Origin: Tubulanus polymorphus
Lineage: Eukaryota > Animalia > Nemertea
Direction of reading: 5' to 3'
Assembly: GCF_964204645.1 (NCBI RefSeq)
Contig: NC_134027.1
Location: forward strand, 13,114,485-13,178,484
Length of the DNA stretch: 64,000 bases
A model generated the notes under the pieces. It had not been told where the DNA came from. It searched no databases and worked only from the letters and a program-made list of their open reading frames with translations. The translations under genes and the position numbers were made by a program. Each line of letters opens with the position of its first letter. Position 1 is the stretch's first letter. This document shows positions 52,201-60,979 of this stretch, piece by piece.

Positions 52201-54314
52201 ATTGCCCAGAACATTTAACCGTAGATGATAGTTATTTAAGTGAATACCAGAAGAAAGTAAAACCGAAAGATCATGTTTTTACGGAAAAATTAATACTTAC
52301 TCAAAATAATAAATACAATTATATTGTTCATTATAGAATGTTAAAATTTTATCTAAAACAAGGAATGAAATTAAAGAAAGTACATAGATATATTGAATTT
52401 AATCAATCGAAGTGGTTAGAAAAATATATAGATTTCAATACTCAACAGAGAACCATATCAAAAACAGATTTTGAAAAAGATTTCTTCAAATTAATGAATA
52501 ATAGTTTTTATGGTAAAACATGTGAAAATATTAGAAATAGAAATGATATTGAATTAGTAAATAATTCTGAAAGATTAAGACATTTACAATCAAGTCCTAG
52601 ACATTTAGGAAATAAAAGATTTGAAGATTATTTAACAGCAGTTAAATTAAAAAGAACATCAATGAAATTTAATAAACCTATATTTATTGGTTCGACTGTT
52701 TTAGAAGTATCAAAATTATTAATGTATGATTTTTATTATAATGTTTTACAACCACTTTTTGGAGAAAAACATATAGAAATATTATATTTTGATTCTGTAA
52801 CAGCTGACACCCCAATATTATTAAAATACAATAACCAAATATTGGTAAGAAGAATTTCAGAAATAATTTCAAAACAAAATGAATGTTATATTTCATATGG
52901 TGAAAAAGAATTAATACAAATAAATGGATTAATGGATGTTTGGACAAGAAATGGATGGAAAAAATTAAAGAATATTATTAGACATAAAACAAATAAGAAA
53001 ATCTATAGAGTTAGAACTAAATTAGGATTTGTAGATGTAACAGAAGACCATAGTTTAATTAAACGAAATGGTGATGAAATAAAACCAACTGATATAAAAA
53101 TTGGAGATGAATTATTACATAAAAGATTTTACCCAAGAATGAATCATATGTCATTTGATGAAATAATTGATAATATTTATAATATAGAACCTGAAACATT
53201 GGAAGAAAAAGAATATTTTATCAAAGGATTTTTCATGGGCGATGGTTCAGCAGGTGTGTATAAATATGTTAATCGCAATAAATATTGTTGGTATTTATGC
53301 AATCAAGATTTGAAATTATTAGAAAGAATAAAGAAATTTTGCGAAGAAGTTTATTCACATAAAACATTTAGAATCATGGACCATATGAAATCATCCGCGG
53401 TTTATAGAATATTTGTAAATAATCCTAAAGATTTTGCTACAAAATATAATGATGAATTCTATATTCATGCAATAGTGAAAAGTAATACTTCAACTAAAGA
53501 AAAGATAGTTCCAGATTATGTATTAAATGCAAAAAATAATTTAAGAAAATGGTTCTTCATTGGATTCTATGCTGCAGATGGTTCAAAAAGTTTCAAAAAC
53601 CACAAAACAATATCCTTTGCTCAAAAAGGAAAAGTTGCTATATCAGGATTAAATATATTATGCAGTTCATTAGGATTTAATATGAATATAGAATTAATTA
53701 AATCTAAACCAAATTGTTTTAATTTAAGGCATGTAGAAAAAGAATTAACAGAAGAAGTTAAAGATTTATTTGAAATATATAACCCAACTGACTATGTTTA
53801 TGATTTATCAACAGATGACGGAACATTCAATTCTGGGTTCCCATTAATCCAAAAAAATACTGACAGTTACATACTAAAAATCAAGACAAATGACATAACA
53901 AAAGACTTAAAAACATTAAAACATCATTTTGATTTTAGCAATTATCCTAAAGATCATGAACTATTTAGCAATGATAATAAAAAGATTCCTGGTAAATTTA
54001 AAGATGAATTAGGAGGTGATGAAATGATTGAATTTGTTGGGATAAGAAGTAAAATGTATTCATATAAAACTAAAGAACATGAAGCTAAAAAGTTAAAAGG
54101 AATAACAAAACATGTGGTTGATAAACATATAGAATTTCAAGATTATATAAAGTGTTTATATAAATCAATTGTAATGAAACACAAAATGAATTGTTTAAGA
54201 TCAGAAAATCATGAAATGTACATAAATGAAGTTGAAAAAACTAGTTTAAATCCATTTGATGATAAAAGGCATATTTTAGATGATGGTATAAAAACATTAC
54301 CTTATGGTTATTAA
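49248..54314 (+). CDS. Protein-primed DNA polymerase B precursor (1688 aa) containing an intein
   Basis: N-terminal C2H2 fingers; NEDNKCF..HY; Exo I YGDFES; EndoVII RDHDH..GAAHEDCN; Exo II FHNLSGYD; Exo III YLKSDV; motifs A YIDANNLYG, B KLMNNSFYGK and C YFD|TDS split by the intein. Confidence 0.96.
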   Translation: MGENEHQLENNNINKNQYYCQYCKKYIDKSNKSKHEKSSNHIKNVIDFETPENSNERKERLENMNVDEIKCEVCNEFIVKRNYNRHLESQKHYKNLNKNVLGLEYFDNKPQQVKESTSKTKSISNKPYMENVRNYIDSLEIKDTIEILETLHSKIGPAAIIFRFFKGTTIEDYSKFNEIIEKILDLITDVEYPKISISGKVSFIKSEEKMDYNIQTLSEEIISKTQIKEKLEKILNEFKRHIEERYFEGSGLTLNEIIYLDLNVYNTKRNKTSKSNKMFKNDSNFITEKDMKASSYIKLPFITKAVINIQNEDNKCFLWSIISCLHPTEEHVYRITDYRKYETLYKIDQYPVTIKMIPKIEKVNNLKINVFELMQLPKTKGENIKDYTLEALYLTEYYDDENAIDLLYYKKDENEHYMWLKQIDLFFRTTESDHHRKIYLCRKCLSKFMTENTLLKHKELCDNKDFCKLIMPTEKDYKLKFTNHKFKNIVPFVIYGDFESLNKELTDQDRKEIYNKKQLLKSMDKGNELNEDTIQDPPIINTIKKVHQRAAAYGIYIKSNYPELYESQYISFRGENVVNDFCDKMIELESDFAKLLNKNKRIVITKEDEIDFNYATHCCYCEKRFYSFDKKVRDHDHLNSKYRGAAHEDCNLQAKKVNFVPTLFHNLSGYDTHLFIKQLSGKLGAINQEIEEYNAMNEANVRKYDFKLLAKTSVNYISFQFGCIRFLDSYRFLASSLDNLSKSLVDNDFVITRYYYPNEQDFKLLRYKGAIPYSFYKTHDDFNVIELLKDQFYDQLKEEYVKDEVFNRTLNIWNHFNMKNHGELVDLYLKSDVMILADIFEKFREVNLNHFNVDPCYCYSSPGLTWQCGLKYTNVELDLLKEPDMVLLFEKSIRGGISGVMGDRYFKANDEYKLLYIDANNLYGWAMMQPQPYKNFILTEVENDDKTDWESAITSLKDEAPIGYFFVVDLEYPENIKFKTRNLPYCPEHLTVDDSYLSEYQKKVKPKDHVFTEKLILTQNNKYNYIVHYRMLKFYLKQGMKLKKVHRYIEFNQSKWLEKYIDFNTQQRTISKTDFEKDFFKLMNNSFYGKTCENIRNRNDIELVNNSERLRHLQSSPRHLGNKRFEDYLTAVKLKRTSMKFNKPIFIGSTVLEVSKLLMYDFYYNVLQPLFGEKHIEILYFDSVTADTPILLKYNNQILVRRISEIISKQNECYISYGEKELIQINGLMDVWTRNGWKKLKNIIRHKTNKKIYRVRTKLGFVDVTEDHSLIKRNGDEIKPTDIKIGDELLHKRFYPRMNHMSFDEIIDNIYNIEPETLEEKEYFIKGFFMGDGSAGVYKYVNRNKYCWYLCNQDLKLLERIKKFCEEVYSHKTFRIMDHMKSSAVYRIFVNNPKDFATKYNDEFYIHAIVKSNTSTKEKIVPDYVLNAKNNLRKWFFIGFYAADGSKSFKNHKTISFAQKGKVAISGLNILCSSLGFNMNIELIKSKPNCFNLRHVEKELTEEVKDLFEIYNPTDYVYDLSTDDGTFNSGFPLIQKNTDSYILKIKTNDITKDLKTLKHHFDFSNYPKDHELFSNDNKKIPGKFKDELGGDEMIEFVGIRSKMYSYKTKEHEAKKLKGITKHVVDKHIEFQDYIKCLYKSIVMKHKMNCLRSENHEMYINEVEKTSLNPFDDKRHILDDGIKTLPYGY
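52794..53858 (+). mobile_element. Intein (355 aa) with LAGLIDADG homing endonuclease
   Basis: Block A SVTADTPILL; block B VTEDHSL; LAGLIDADG motifs FIKGFFMGDGS and FFIGFYAADGS; block F YVYDLST; C-terminal KN followed by extein Thr; precisely absent from A's polymerase. Confidence 0.95.
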
Positions 54315-55609
54315 AATGGATCTATATCATCAAACTCGAAATCACTATTAGCTTCTTCATTTTCATAAAATTGTTCAGGTTCTTCTTCAATTCCATTTTT
54401 CTCATTTAAATAAAGTTCTATCTTGTTCCACATTTCATCTCTCTCTCTTTGTTTCTTTTTGTTTGTTAATTCATCAAATGGAATTATAATATCTAGGTTT
54501 AAATAATTTACAATCTTATTCAAAAAGAATTCATAATTTATTGAATCTGTTATTCTATTTTCCAAATGATACATTAATATTTGTTTAAATATTTTTTTTA
54601 TATTTTCCATATCTTCTTCTGTTAATTTAGGTTTTTCATAATAATCGTTAAATAATAAATATAAATACATTTTCTTTTGTTTTGTGTTAAATGTTGGTGG
54701 AATAATTGTTTTTATAATATCTTTTTTAGTTATTTCACCATTTTTATTTTCTATTATTTTCATTTTTTCAAGCCATTGCATATATTCTGGTGTATGATCT
54801 TCTATAGAAAATATTTTAAAAATTTCATCTAGATAATTTAATTTTGGTTCTATGAGAAAATCTCTAGTTTTTTCTTCACCCCATAAATTCTTTTGCCATC
54901 CACATTCAACACAAAATAACACAGCACCTTCTTGTCTTAAGGTCGCATAACTACATTGTGGGCATTTTCGTTTATAATTTATTGGTAATAGATCTTCATT
55001 AAGCTCTTGGTATTTTCTTACGTTTTCTTTATGTTTTATTGTTCTATTATGTAGATTTGAATTACTTGTTGTAATAATCAATTTACAATATTTACAATAA
55101 TATGTTTTTCTTGTTAATTCATTATATTGTTTTTCTAACTTTTCAACTGTTTCTTTATTATCTGGTAACGTTTTCTCATATTTTATTTTTTCTAATAAAT
55201 TATTTTTTCTTTCATTGAATTCAGTTTCAAATTTATTAGAAATTTTATCTATATGTGCTTTACGAAATTGATGATTCTCCCAATCTTCTATATTTTCAGG
55301 GTTATATTTTATTCGACAAGGCTCACAGAAATGATCTTTTATATTATCCTTATCATAGAATAAGAAAGGTCTTTTCCAAATAACTTCAGGTTCAACTTCG
55401 GTAGATTTACTATCAACATTAGCCGTTGCGCCATTAATTCTACACTTCTCTGAATGTTTTTTAACATAATTTCTTGAGAATAATTTATTACATTTTGGGC
55501 AGTTTATTTTAGGGGGTTTATAATTTTCATCATGTTTTTTCATATGTCGAGCCATATTACTCTTTCTGATAAGTTCACCACAAATTTCGCATGCTATCTT
55601 CTCATCCAT
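54311..55609 (-). CDS. Multi-zinc-finger protein, 432 aa
   Basis: CEIC..H..H, CPKC..H..C, CEPC..H..H, CKYC..H..H and a CPQC..CVEC zinc ribbon; acidic tail. Confidence 0.85.
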   Translation of the reverse strand: MDEKIACEICGELIRKSNMARHMKKHDENYKPPKINCPKCNKLFSRNYVKKHSEKCRINGATANVDSKSTEVEPEVIWKRPFLFYDKDNIKDHFCEPCRIKYNPENIEDWENHQFRKAHIDKISNKFETEFNERKNNLLEKIKYEKTLPDNKETVEKLEKQYNELTRKTYYCKYCKLIITTSNSNLHNRTIKHKENVRKYQELNEDLLPINYKRKCPQCSYATLRQEGAVLFCVECGWQKNLWGEEKTRDFLIEPKLNYLDEIFKIFSIEDHTPEYMQWLEKMKIIENKNGEITKKDIIKTIIPPTFNTKQKKMYLYLLFNDYYEKPKLTEEDMENIKKIFKQILMYHLENRITDSINYEFFLNKIVNYLNLDIIIPFDELTNKKKQRERDEMWNKIELYLNEKNGIEEEPEQFYENEEANSDFEFDDIDPF

Positions 55610-55677
55610 TTATTAAGGAAAAATTTTATTAAAATTAATTTTTAGTGATGAGCGGTAATTTTTTTATGTTATAAATA

Positions 55678-56436
55678 ATGGTAGAATTAAAAGAATACAG
55701 AATATTTGTAGATTCTAGAAGGCTTACAAATTATAAATCTCATAATTTATTAATACAATTAGATAGAGAATTTAAGAATTGCGTTGATTTAAAATTAGTA
55801 AATATTAGTTTATGTAATTCTTTTTACAATATATCGGATAAAACTATTGAACATAGAGCTTTTTTAATTTTTAAAAAAGGTAAAAATGAATGGTTCTCTA
55901 TATTTTTAAAACCGGGGTTATATAATTTAGATACATTAGCACAAGAAATTAATAGAAAAGCTCGAGCTAAATTAGGAAGTGATTCCAGATTTAGTATTAG
56001 AATTTTAAAAAGTGATAGTTCTAATAAAATAAAGATTAGGTTAGATAATAACGAACAATTTAAATTTACAGTAAGAAAACCTTTAGCTAAACTGTTAGGA
56101 ATTAACCCAGATATTGTTACAGCATACGCAGAAGGTAGATCAAACTTAATACCTTTTACACATTTTTATATTTATTGCAATTTAATTGACTCAACAAAAA
56201 CATTCGAAGCAACTAAAGACACAACATGTAATTCTAGTATATTAAACATTTTACCATTGAAGAATGTTAAACAATTTGGAACGCAAATAAATTATAATTT
56301 AGCTGAATGTGATTTCAAACCTTGTATTCCTCATTTTAATAATTTTAAATTAGAAATAAGAAATCATAATGGATACTTAATTGATTTGAATAATTTCCCT
56401 GTAATTTATGAATTAGTTATAAGATGTAAAGAGTAA
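55678..56436 (+). CDS. Minor capsid protein (penton, single jelly-roll)
   Basis: LVNISLCNSFYNI, PGLYN, LAKLLGI, FYIYCNLI, ILPL and LEIRNHNGYLIDLNN..YELVI fit the Polinton/virophage penton pattern. Confidence 0.75.
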   Translation: MVELKEYRIFVDSRRLTNYKSHNLLIQLDREFKNCVDLKLVNISLCNSFYNISDKTIEHRAFLIFKKGKNEWFSIFLKPGLYNLDTLAQEINRKARAKLGSDSRFSIRILKSDSSNKIKIRLDNNEQFKFTVRKPLAKLLGINPDIVTAYAEGRSNLIPFTHFYIYCNLIDSTKTFEATKDTTCNSSILNILPLKNVKQFGTQINYNLAECDFKPCIPHFNNFKLEIRNHNGYLIDLNNFPVIYELVIRCKE

Positions 56437-56452
56437 TTTTTTCACTATATAA

Positions 56453-56791
56453 ATGAATATAACTGTTGGACCGAGTATATGTTTTGGGTTTGATTTTAAA
56501 CATGGTAAAGAAATGAGAATTAAACTAAATGACGTAATTACTAATATAAAAAGTAAATCATTTAACAATGCATCAATGATTGATAAAGAAAATTATAATA
56601 TAGAAAAAGTAATTGATTTAATTAAATCACCTTTAGAATATTATGAATTAAATGAAGATGGAATTATTGAAGATATTAAAAACATATTATCCAAAATATA
56701 TGATAATCATAAAACTAGTAATAAAATAAATGTTGAATTAATCATAAATAAGTTAACTAAATATTTTGATGATAGTAATTTTTTTGATTAA
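56453..56791 (+). CDS. 112-aa Polinton protein, function unknown
   Basis: Conserved in A and B; has the element's start motif. Confidence 0.8.
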   Translation: MNITVGPSICFGFDFKHGKEMRIKLNDVITNIKSKSFNNASMIDKENYNIEKVIDLIKSPLEYYELNEDGIIEDIKNILSKIYDNHKTSNKINVELIINKLTKYFDDSNFFD

Positions 56792-56794
56792 TAA

Positions 56795-57016
56795 ATGAGT
56801 GATAATAAGTGGATAATAACTGGATTATATAATGGAGCATTACTATCAGTTGGAACGGTTGGTTATTCAATGGTATTAAAAAAAGTATTTAAAATGGGAA
56901 GTGTTAATGTTGATAGATTTGATATAAATGATATTTTAAAATTAACATTAGCAGTTACTTTATCTAATTTAACAATTGATTATTTGGAAAAACAAAAATA
57001 TATTCCTCCCATATAA
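56795..57016 (+). CDS. 73-aa hydrophobic protein
   Basis: Conserved in A; two hydrophobic/amphipathic helices. Confidence 0.8.
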   Translation: MSDNKWIITGLYNGALLSVGTVGYSMVLKKVFKMGSVNVDRFDINDILKLTLAVTLSNLTIDYLEKQKYIPPI

Positions 57017-57040
57017 ATGCATAATTTTTTTGCTAAATAA

Positions 57041-57463
57041 ATGGCTTCTGCAATTATAACTATTATAGGATCGGTAATTGTTAACGCTTTAGCATTTACT
57101 GGTGGTGGTTATTTATTTAAACATATTGATAAAAATAGTTCATTAGGAGAACAAAGAAGACATAACTTAGCGTTAGAGAAATACAATAAAGCTGCAGAAG
57201 AATATAGAGAAAAAAGACAAAACTATATGGATTACATCAATAAAGAATTATATGATCAGAAGATTTCACATAGAGATTTTCAATCAGTTGATGATGCAAT
57301 GAGTTTATATAACGCAGTAACAAATAAAGAAAAATTACATCTATACAAACCCAAATTATCAGATTATTATACCCCAAGTAAAGAACAACAGAAATATGAA
57401 ATAATATGGATTTTAGGTGGAACAGTTATTGTTATATTTGTTGCTTATAAATTTACTAATTAG
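57041..57463 (+). CDS. 140-aa membrane protein (N- and C-terminal hydrophobic segments)
   Basis: IITIIGSVIVNALAF..; IIWILGGTVIVIFVAYK. Confidence 0.82.
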   Translation: MASAIITIIGSVIVNALAFTGGGYLFKHIDKNSSLGEQRRHNLALEKYNKAAEEYREKRQNYMDYINKELYDQKISHRDFQSVDDAMSLYNAVTNKEKLHLYKPKLSDYYTPSKEQQKYEIIWILGGTVIVIFVAYKFTN

Positions 57464-57482
57464 TAATTTTTATTCTAAATAA

Positions 57483-57917
57483 ATGGAAGATAAAGTTGAT
57501 AGTATTGATATTATTCCTCATGATATAAATAAAACTAAATTAAAAATATATTTAGAAAAACAAATATTAGAATTTGAAAGTGACTTAAAGATAAAAAAGA
57601 AAAAATATTTAAAAAGTAAAATTATATATTATTTGATTATAAGTGGTTCGGTTACAATTAGTTCTGTAATAACATTTCTAGCAATATTCAGTCCATTAAC
57701 ACCTTTAGCTATATCAATTGGTGTATTAGGATTAAGTTCAAGTGTTTTAACTGGTATAAGTTCAAAATTAAATATAAAAAGTAATAAAGAAAAAATCAAA
57801 ACTAATATAAAAGAAATTAATAAATTAAAGAACACACTAGATTATATAATAAGTTTAAATGGTCATATAACAGTTGAAGAACAAGATAAATTATTAAAAG
57901 AATTAATAAATTATTAA
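57483..57917 (+). CDS. 144-aa two-TM membrane protein
   Basis: Hydrophobic hairpin IIYYLIISGSVTISSVITFLAIF / LAISIGVLGLSSSVLTGI flanked by coiled coils. Confidence 0.82.
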   Translation: MEDKVDSIDIIPHDINKTKLKIYLEKQILEFESDLKIKKKKYLKSKIIYYLIISGSVTISSVITFLAIFSPLTPLAISIGVLGLSSSVLTGISSKLNIKSNKEKIKTNIKEINKLKNTLDYIISLNGHITVEEQDKLLKELINY

Positions 57918-57933
57918 TTTTTTAATTATATAA

Positions 57934-59322
57934 ATGGTAGATAGTTTTCCAAAAGCTTTCCGATATAATAAATCAATTAAATATAATATTCCAGCAATAG
58001 ATTTTAATAAAGATATTACATATAGAAATGAAGTTTTAAATTCATTAATTGATTTATATATTTATGTTACTGAAACTAATAATTTTAATGCAAAGATGGA
58101 AAATATATTTCATATATATTTAATTAATTTTAAAAAATTGAAAGATGAAAAACAATGGTTATTAAAATCTAATATGAAGTATTGGCAGAACCAATTAAAT
58201 TTTGCTGTTTATTGTGCAACAACAGGATGTGGAATAAGTTGGAATGATCATTTGAATAATTCTAAATATAAATTAATTCAAAGTTTATTTAGATTTCATA
58301 CATACTTTCAAATCAGAATAATATTAAATGAATTAGAGTGCGCTTTACCAGGATCTAGATATTTTAAAGAATTAGATAATAATATTAATTTATCAAAGTT
58401 TTATAAAATTTGTAATGAATTTAATATAGATATAAATAATTCTGATTTTAGAATAAAAATTGGAACAATAAGATCACTTCCGTGCCCTAGAAAGATTGCA
58501 GAATATTGTGCACTTCCCATACCATCTAATAGCTTTTATAATATCTATAATAAAAAATTAGGTTATGGTAAAATAGAAACAAAGGATTTAGAAACATTAA
58601 ATTTCAATAAATTACCGAAATTTTATGATAATTTAAAACAAGAAAACAATAATGGTTGGGTATATTTTATTTTAGAGAATAGTGAAGGTTTTACTAAATC
58701 AGGTATAGAAGGAATAAATCAATCTATTAGAACTTATTTGATTTGTATTTTAGGTGCACAAGTTGAAACAAGATCCCCAATAATTGGAAATTTGAATACA
58801 TCATTCGATACACAAAAACAATTTAAAGTTTTATTTGAAGATTCAATTCATAATGATAAAAATAGATCGATTCCAGAAAACATTATAAGATATCAAAATT
58901 ATTTAGATAAATCTCATGTAAGACTTAATTATTGTATAGGCCCTAATCTGTTAATTATTTCTAATGATTTAGTATTAAAGATGGGAAATATAATTGGTTA
59001 TAATAATCTAATTAAAACTGCAACAATAAATAATTCATTTGGGTTAAATGATATAAATAAAAAGATTATTACTGCTCCAAAATTAATGGAAGGTGAAAAA
59101 AATAAAAAACATATTCAATCAACAGAAACTAAAACTAAGAATATTAAATTAAATAATGATTCCAAAATAAAAGATTACAATACATTAGAAAATATAAAAA
59201 CTGATAAAATTCAACATGATATAATTAAAACTGATAATGATAATAAATCACATGAAAATACTAAATTAGCTATAACTTGTATAGGAATTGTAATCGGGGG
59301 AATATTATATTTTAAATTTTAA
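57934..59322 (+). CDS. 462-aa conserved Polinton protein with C-terminal membrane anchor
   Basis: QLNFAVYCATTGCGIS, FRFHTYFQIR; C-terminal LAITCIGIVIGGILYF. Confidence 0.85.
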   Translation: MVDSFPKAFRYNKSIKYNIPAIDFNKDITYRNEVLNSLIDLYIYVTETNNFNAKMENIFHIYLINFKKLKDEKQWLLKSNMKYWQNQLNFAVYCATTGCGISWNDHLNNSKYKLIQSLFRFHTYFQIRIILNELECALPGSRYFKELDNNINLSKFYKICNEFNIDINNSDFRIKIGTIRSLPCPRKIAEYCALPIPSNSFYNIYNKKLGYGKIETKDLETLNFNKLPKFYDNLKQENNNGWVYFILENSEGFTKSGIEGINQSIRTYLICILGAQVETRSPIIGNLNTSFDTQKQFKVLFEDSIHNDKNRSIPENIIRYQNYLDKSHVRLNYCIGPNLLIISNDLVLKMGNIIGYNNLIKTATINNSFGLNDINKKIITAPKLMEGEKNKKHIQSTETKTKNIKLNNDSKIKDYNTLENIKTDKIQHDIIKTDNDNKSHENTKLAITCIGIVIGGILYFKF

Positions 59323-59338
59323 TTTTTTTATTATATAA

Positions 59339-60925
59339 ATGGCAAAAGGTGGAGTAGATTATGAAATGAAAGAAATGGGAAATAATAATGAAGGATATAT
59401 TGATGATGATTATAATGATGAAGAAACTAATATTGATAATGATGATGAATCAGCATATAATTCTAATTTAGCAGATAGTGGTTCTAAAATCCCATCAACA
59501 GATGAATTTGATAGAACAAATAGAAAGAGAATAAATACTGAAAATGAAAATCCAGATTTAGCAAGACAAGAATTAGAATATAATGAATTTATTTATGATT
59601 TTAAACCTTTATTTGAAGAATCTGGTTATAATATAAATGATAGAGGCGCTAGACTTTTAGTAAAAGATTTAAAATATTTAGATGGTGAATATTATTATTA
59701 TTTGGATGGTGATAATTTAAATGGTGAATATTATATTAATATCTCTTATAAAAATCAAAACAAAATATTGGCAGAATCAACTTTGCTTAAGTTAGAACCA
59801 GATAGAATTAAGAAAATTATTTATAATAATAAACTAGAAGATGTAACAAAAGAAGAAATAGATAACTTTAAAAAATTATTTAAACAAAGAATTAATGAGT
59901 TATTTGAGAAAATCTATGATAATTTAGAACCAGAAATGGAAGAGAATAGAAATCGATTAGATAAATTAAGATCTTCAACACCCGAAACATCGAGAAGAGA
60001 CACTCAACCAATTGATAATGATTCAAGTCAATTACAATTACAATTACAATTAGAAAAACAAATTGATAGATTAAGAGATTCAGAAAAAGAGATGAATAGT
60101 GCTGGAATAAATCGACTGCAATATTTACTAGAAAAAGGATTACTTGATTTAACTGATGATGAATTAGAATCATTTCCTGAACAAGCACGTAGAGAAATTA
60201 AAGGTACGCAAGAATCAGCTGATAAAATTGCGCATGAAAAAAGTAAAAGAGATATTAAAATTAGATTTTTAGAAAAAGATAGTACTGATAAAAATAAAGA
60301 AATAGAACAACTAAAATTAGATAGAGATAATAAAGTTATTGAAGAAATTGAATTTAAAAAAAGAAATGCATATTTAGAAAAAGAAATTGATGATTTAGAA
60401 TATAACATAGAATTACAAAAAGAAGAAATTAAATTATTATTAAAATCATATGATTATAATATAAATAGATTAAAAGTTATTTTTAAAGATTTGTTGATTA
60501 AACCAAATTCTGAAATATCATTAAAAGACAGAATAAAGTTATTATTTAAATTAGAAGGAATAACAATTCTTTCAATTCTAACATCTGTAACTATGTTATT
60601 TACAACAATTGGTTTAGCAATATCAAATGCTTTAAAATCTACTCCTACTCCCACTCCTAATAAACCAGATAAACCTCCAGGAAATAATTCTATACAAGAT
60701 AAAGTTAAGGATGGTTTAAAGAAATTAGCAAAATATTTATGGGAACTATCTAAAAAATCTGCTGCAGCATTGCCAGGAGTTATTGCTTCAATTGTTGGTT
60801 TTTTATTGAAATCTGCAGGTAATATTCTTAACTTTGCTGCTGAACATATTATTTTATTTTTAATTACAGTTGTAAGTGCTATTATTTTTGGGTTAGTAAA
60901 TATGATATCAAAAAATATCAAGTAA
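59339..60925 (+). CDS. 528-aa acidic/coiled-coil protein with C-terminal TM segments
   Basis: Intact ORF; three hydrophobic segments in the last 130 aa around a PTPTP linker. Confidence 0.85.
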   Translation: MAKGGVDYEMKEMGNNNEGYIDDDYNDEETNIDNDDESAYNSNLADSGSKIPSTDEFDRTNRKRINTENENPDLARQELEYNEFIYDFKPLFEESGYNINDRGARLLVKDLKYLDGEYYYYLDGDNLNGEYYINISYKNQNKILAESTLLKLEPDRIKKIIYNNKLEDVTKEEIDNFKKLFKQRINELFEKIYDNLEPEMEENRNRLDKLRSSTPETSRRDTQPIDNDSSQLQLQLQLEKQIDRLRDSEKEMNSAGINRLQYLLEKGLLDLTDDELESFPEQARREIKGTQESADKIAHEKSKRDIKIRFLEKDSTDKNKEIEQLKLDRDNKVIEEIEFKKRNAYLEKEIDDLEYNIELQKEEIKLLLKSYDYNINRLKVIFKDLLIKPNSEISLKDRIKLLFKLEGITILSILTSVTMLFTTIGLAISNALKSTPTPTPNKPDKPPGNNSIQDKVKDGLKKLAKYLWELSKKSAAALPGVIASIVGFLLKSAGNILNFAAEHIILFLITVVSAIIFGLVNMISKNIK

Positions 60926-60979
60926 ACCATGATATCAAAAAATATCAAAAAATAAATAATTAATTTTTTTGTTAAATAA

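Noticed and set aside
52794-53858. Insertion as a group I intron, Hedgehog Hint domain or native polymerase domain
   Set aside because: It is fully in frame with all intein splicing blocks and terminal Asn/Thr+1, has a LAGLIDADG domain, lacks a sterol-recognition region and is precisely absent from the sister allele.
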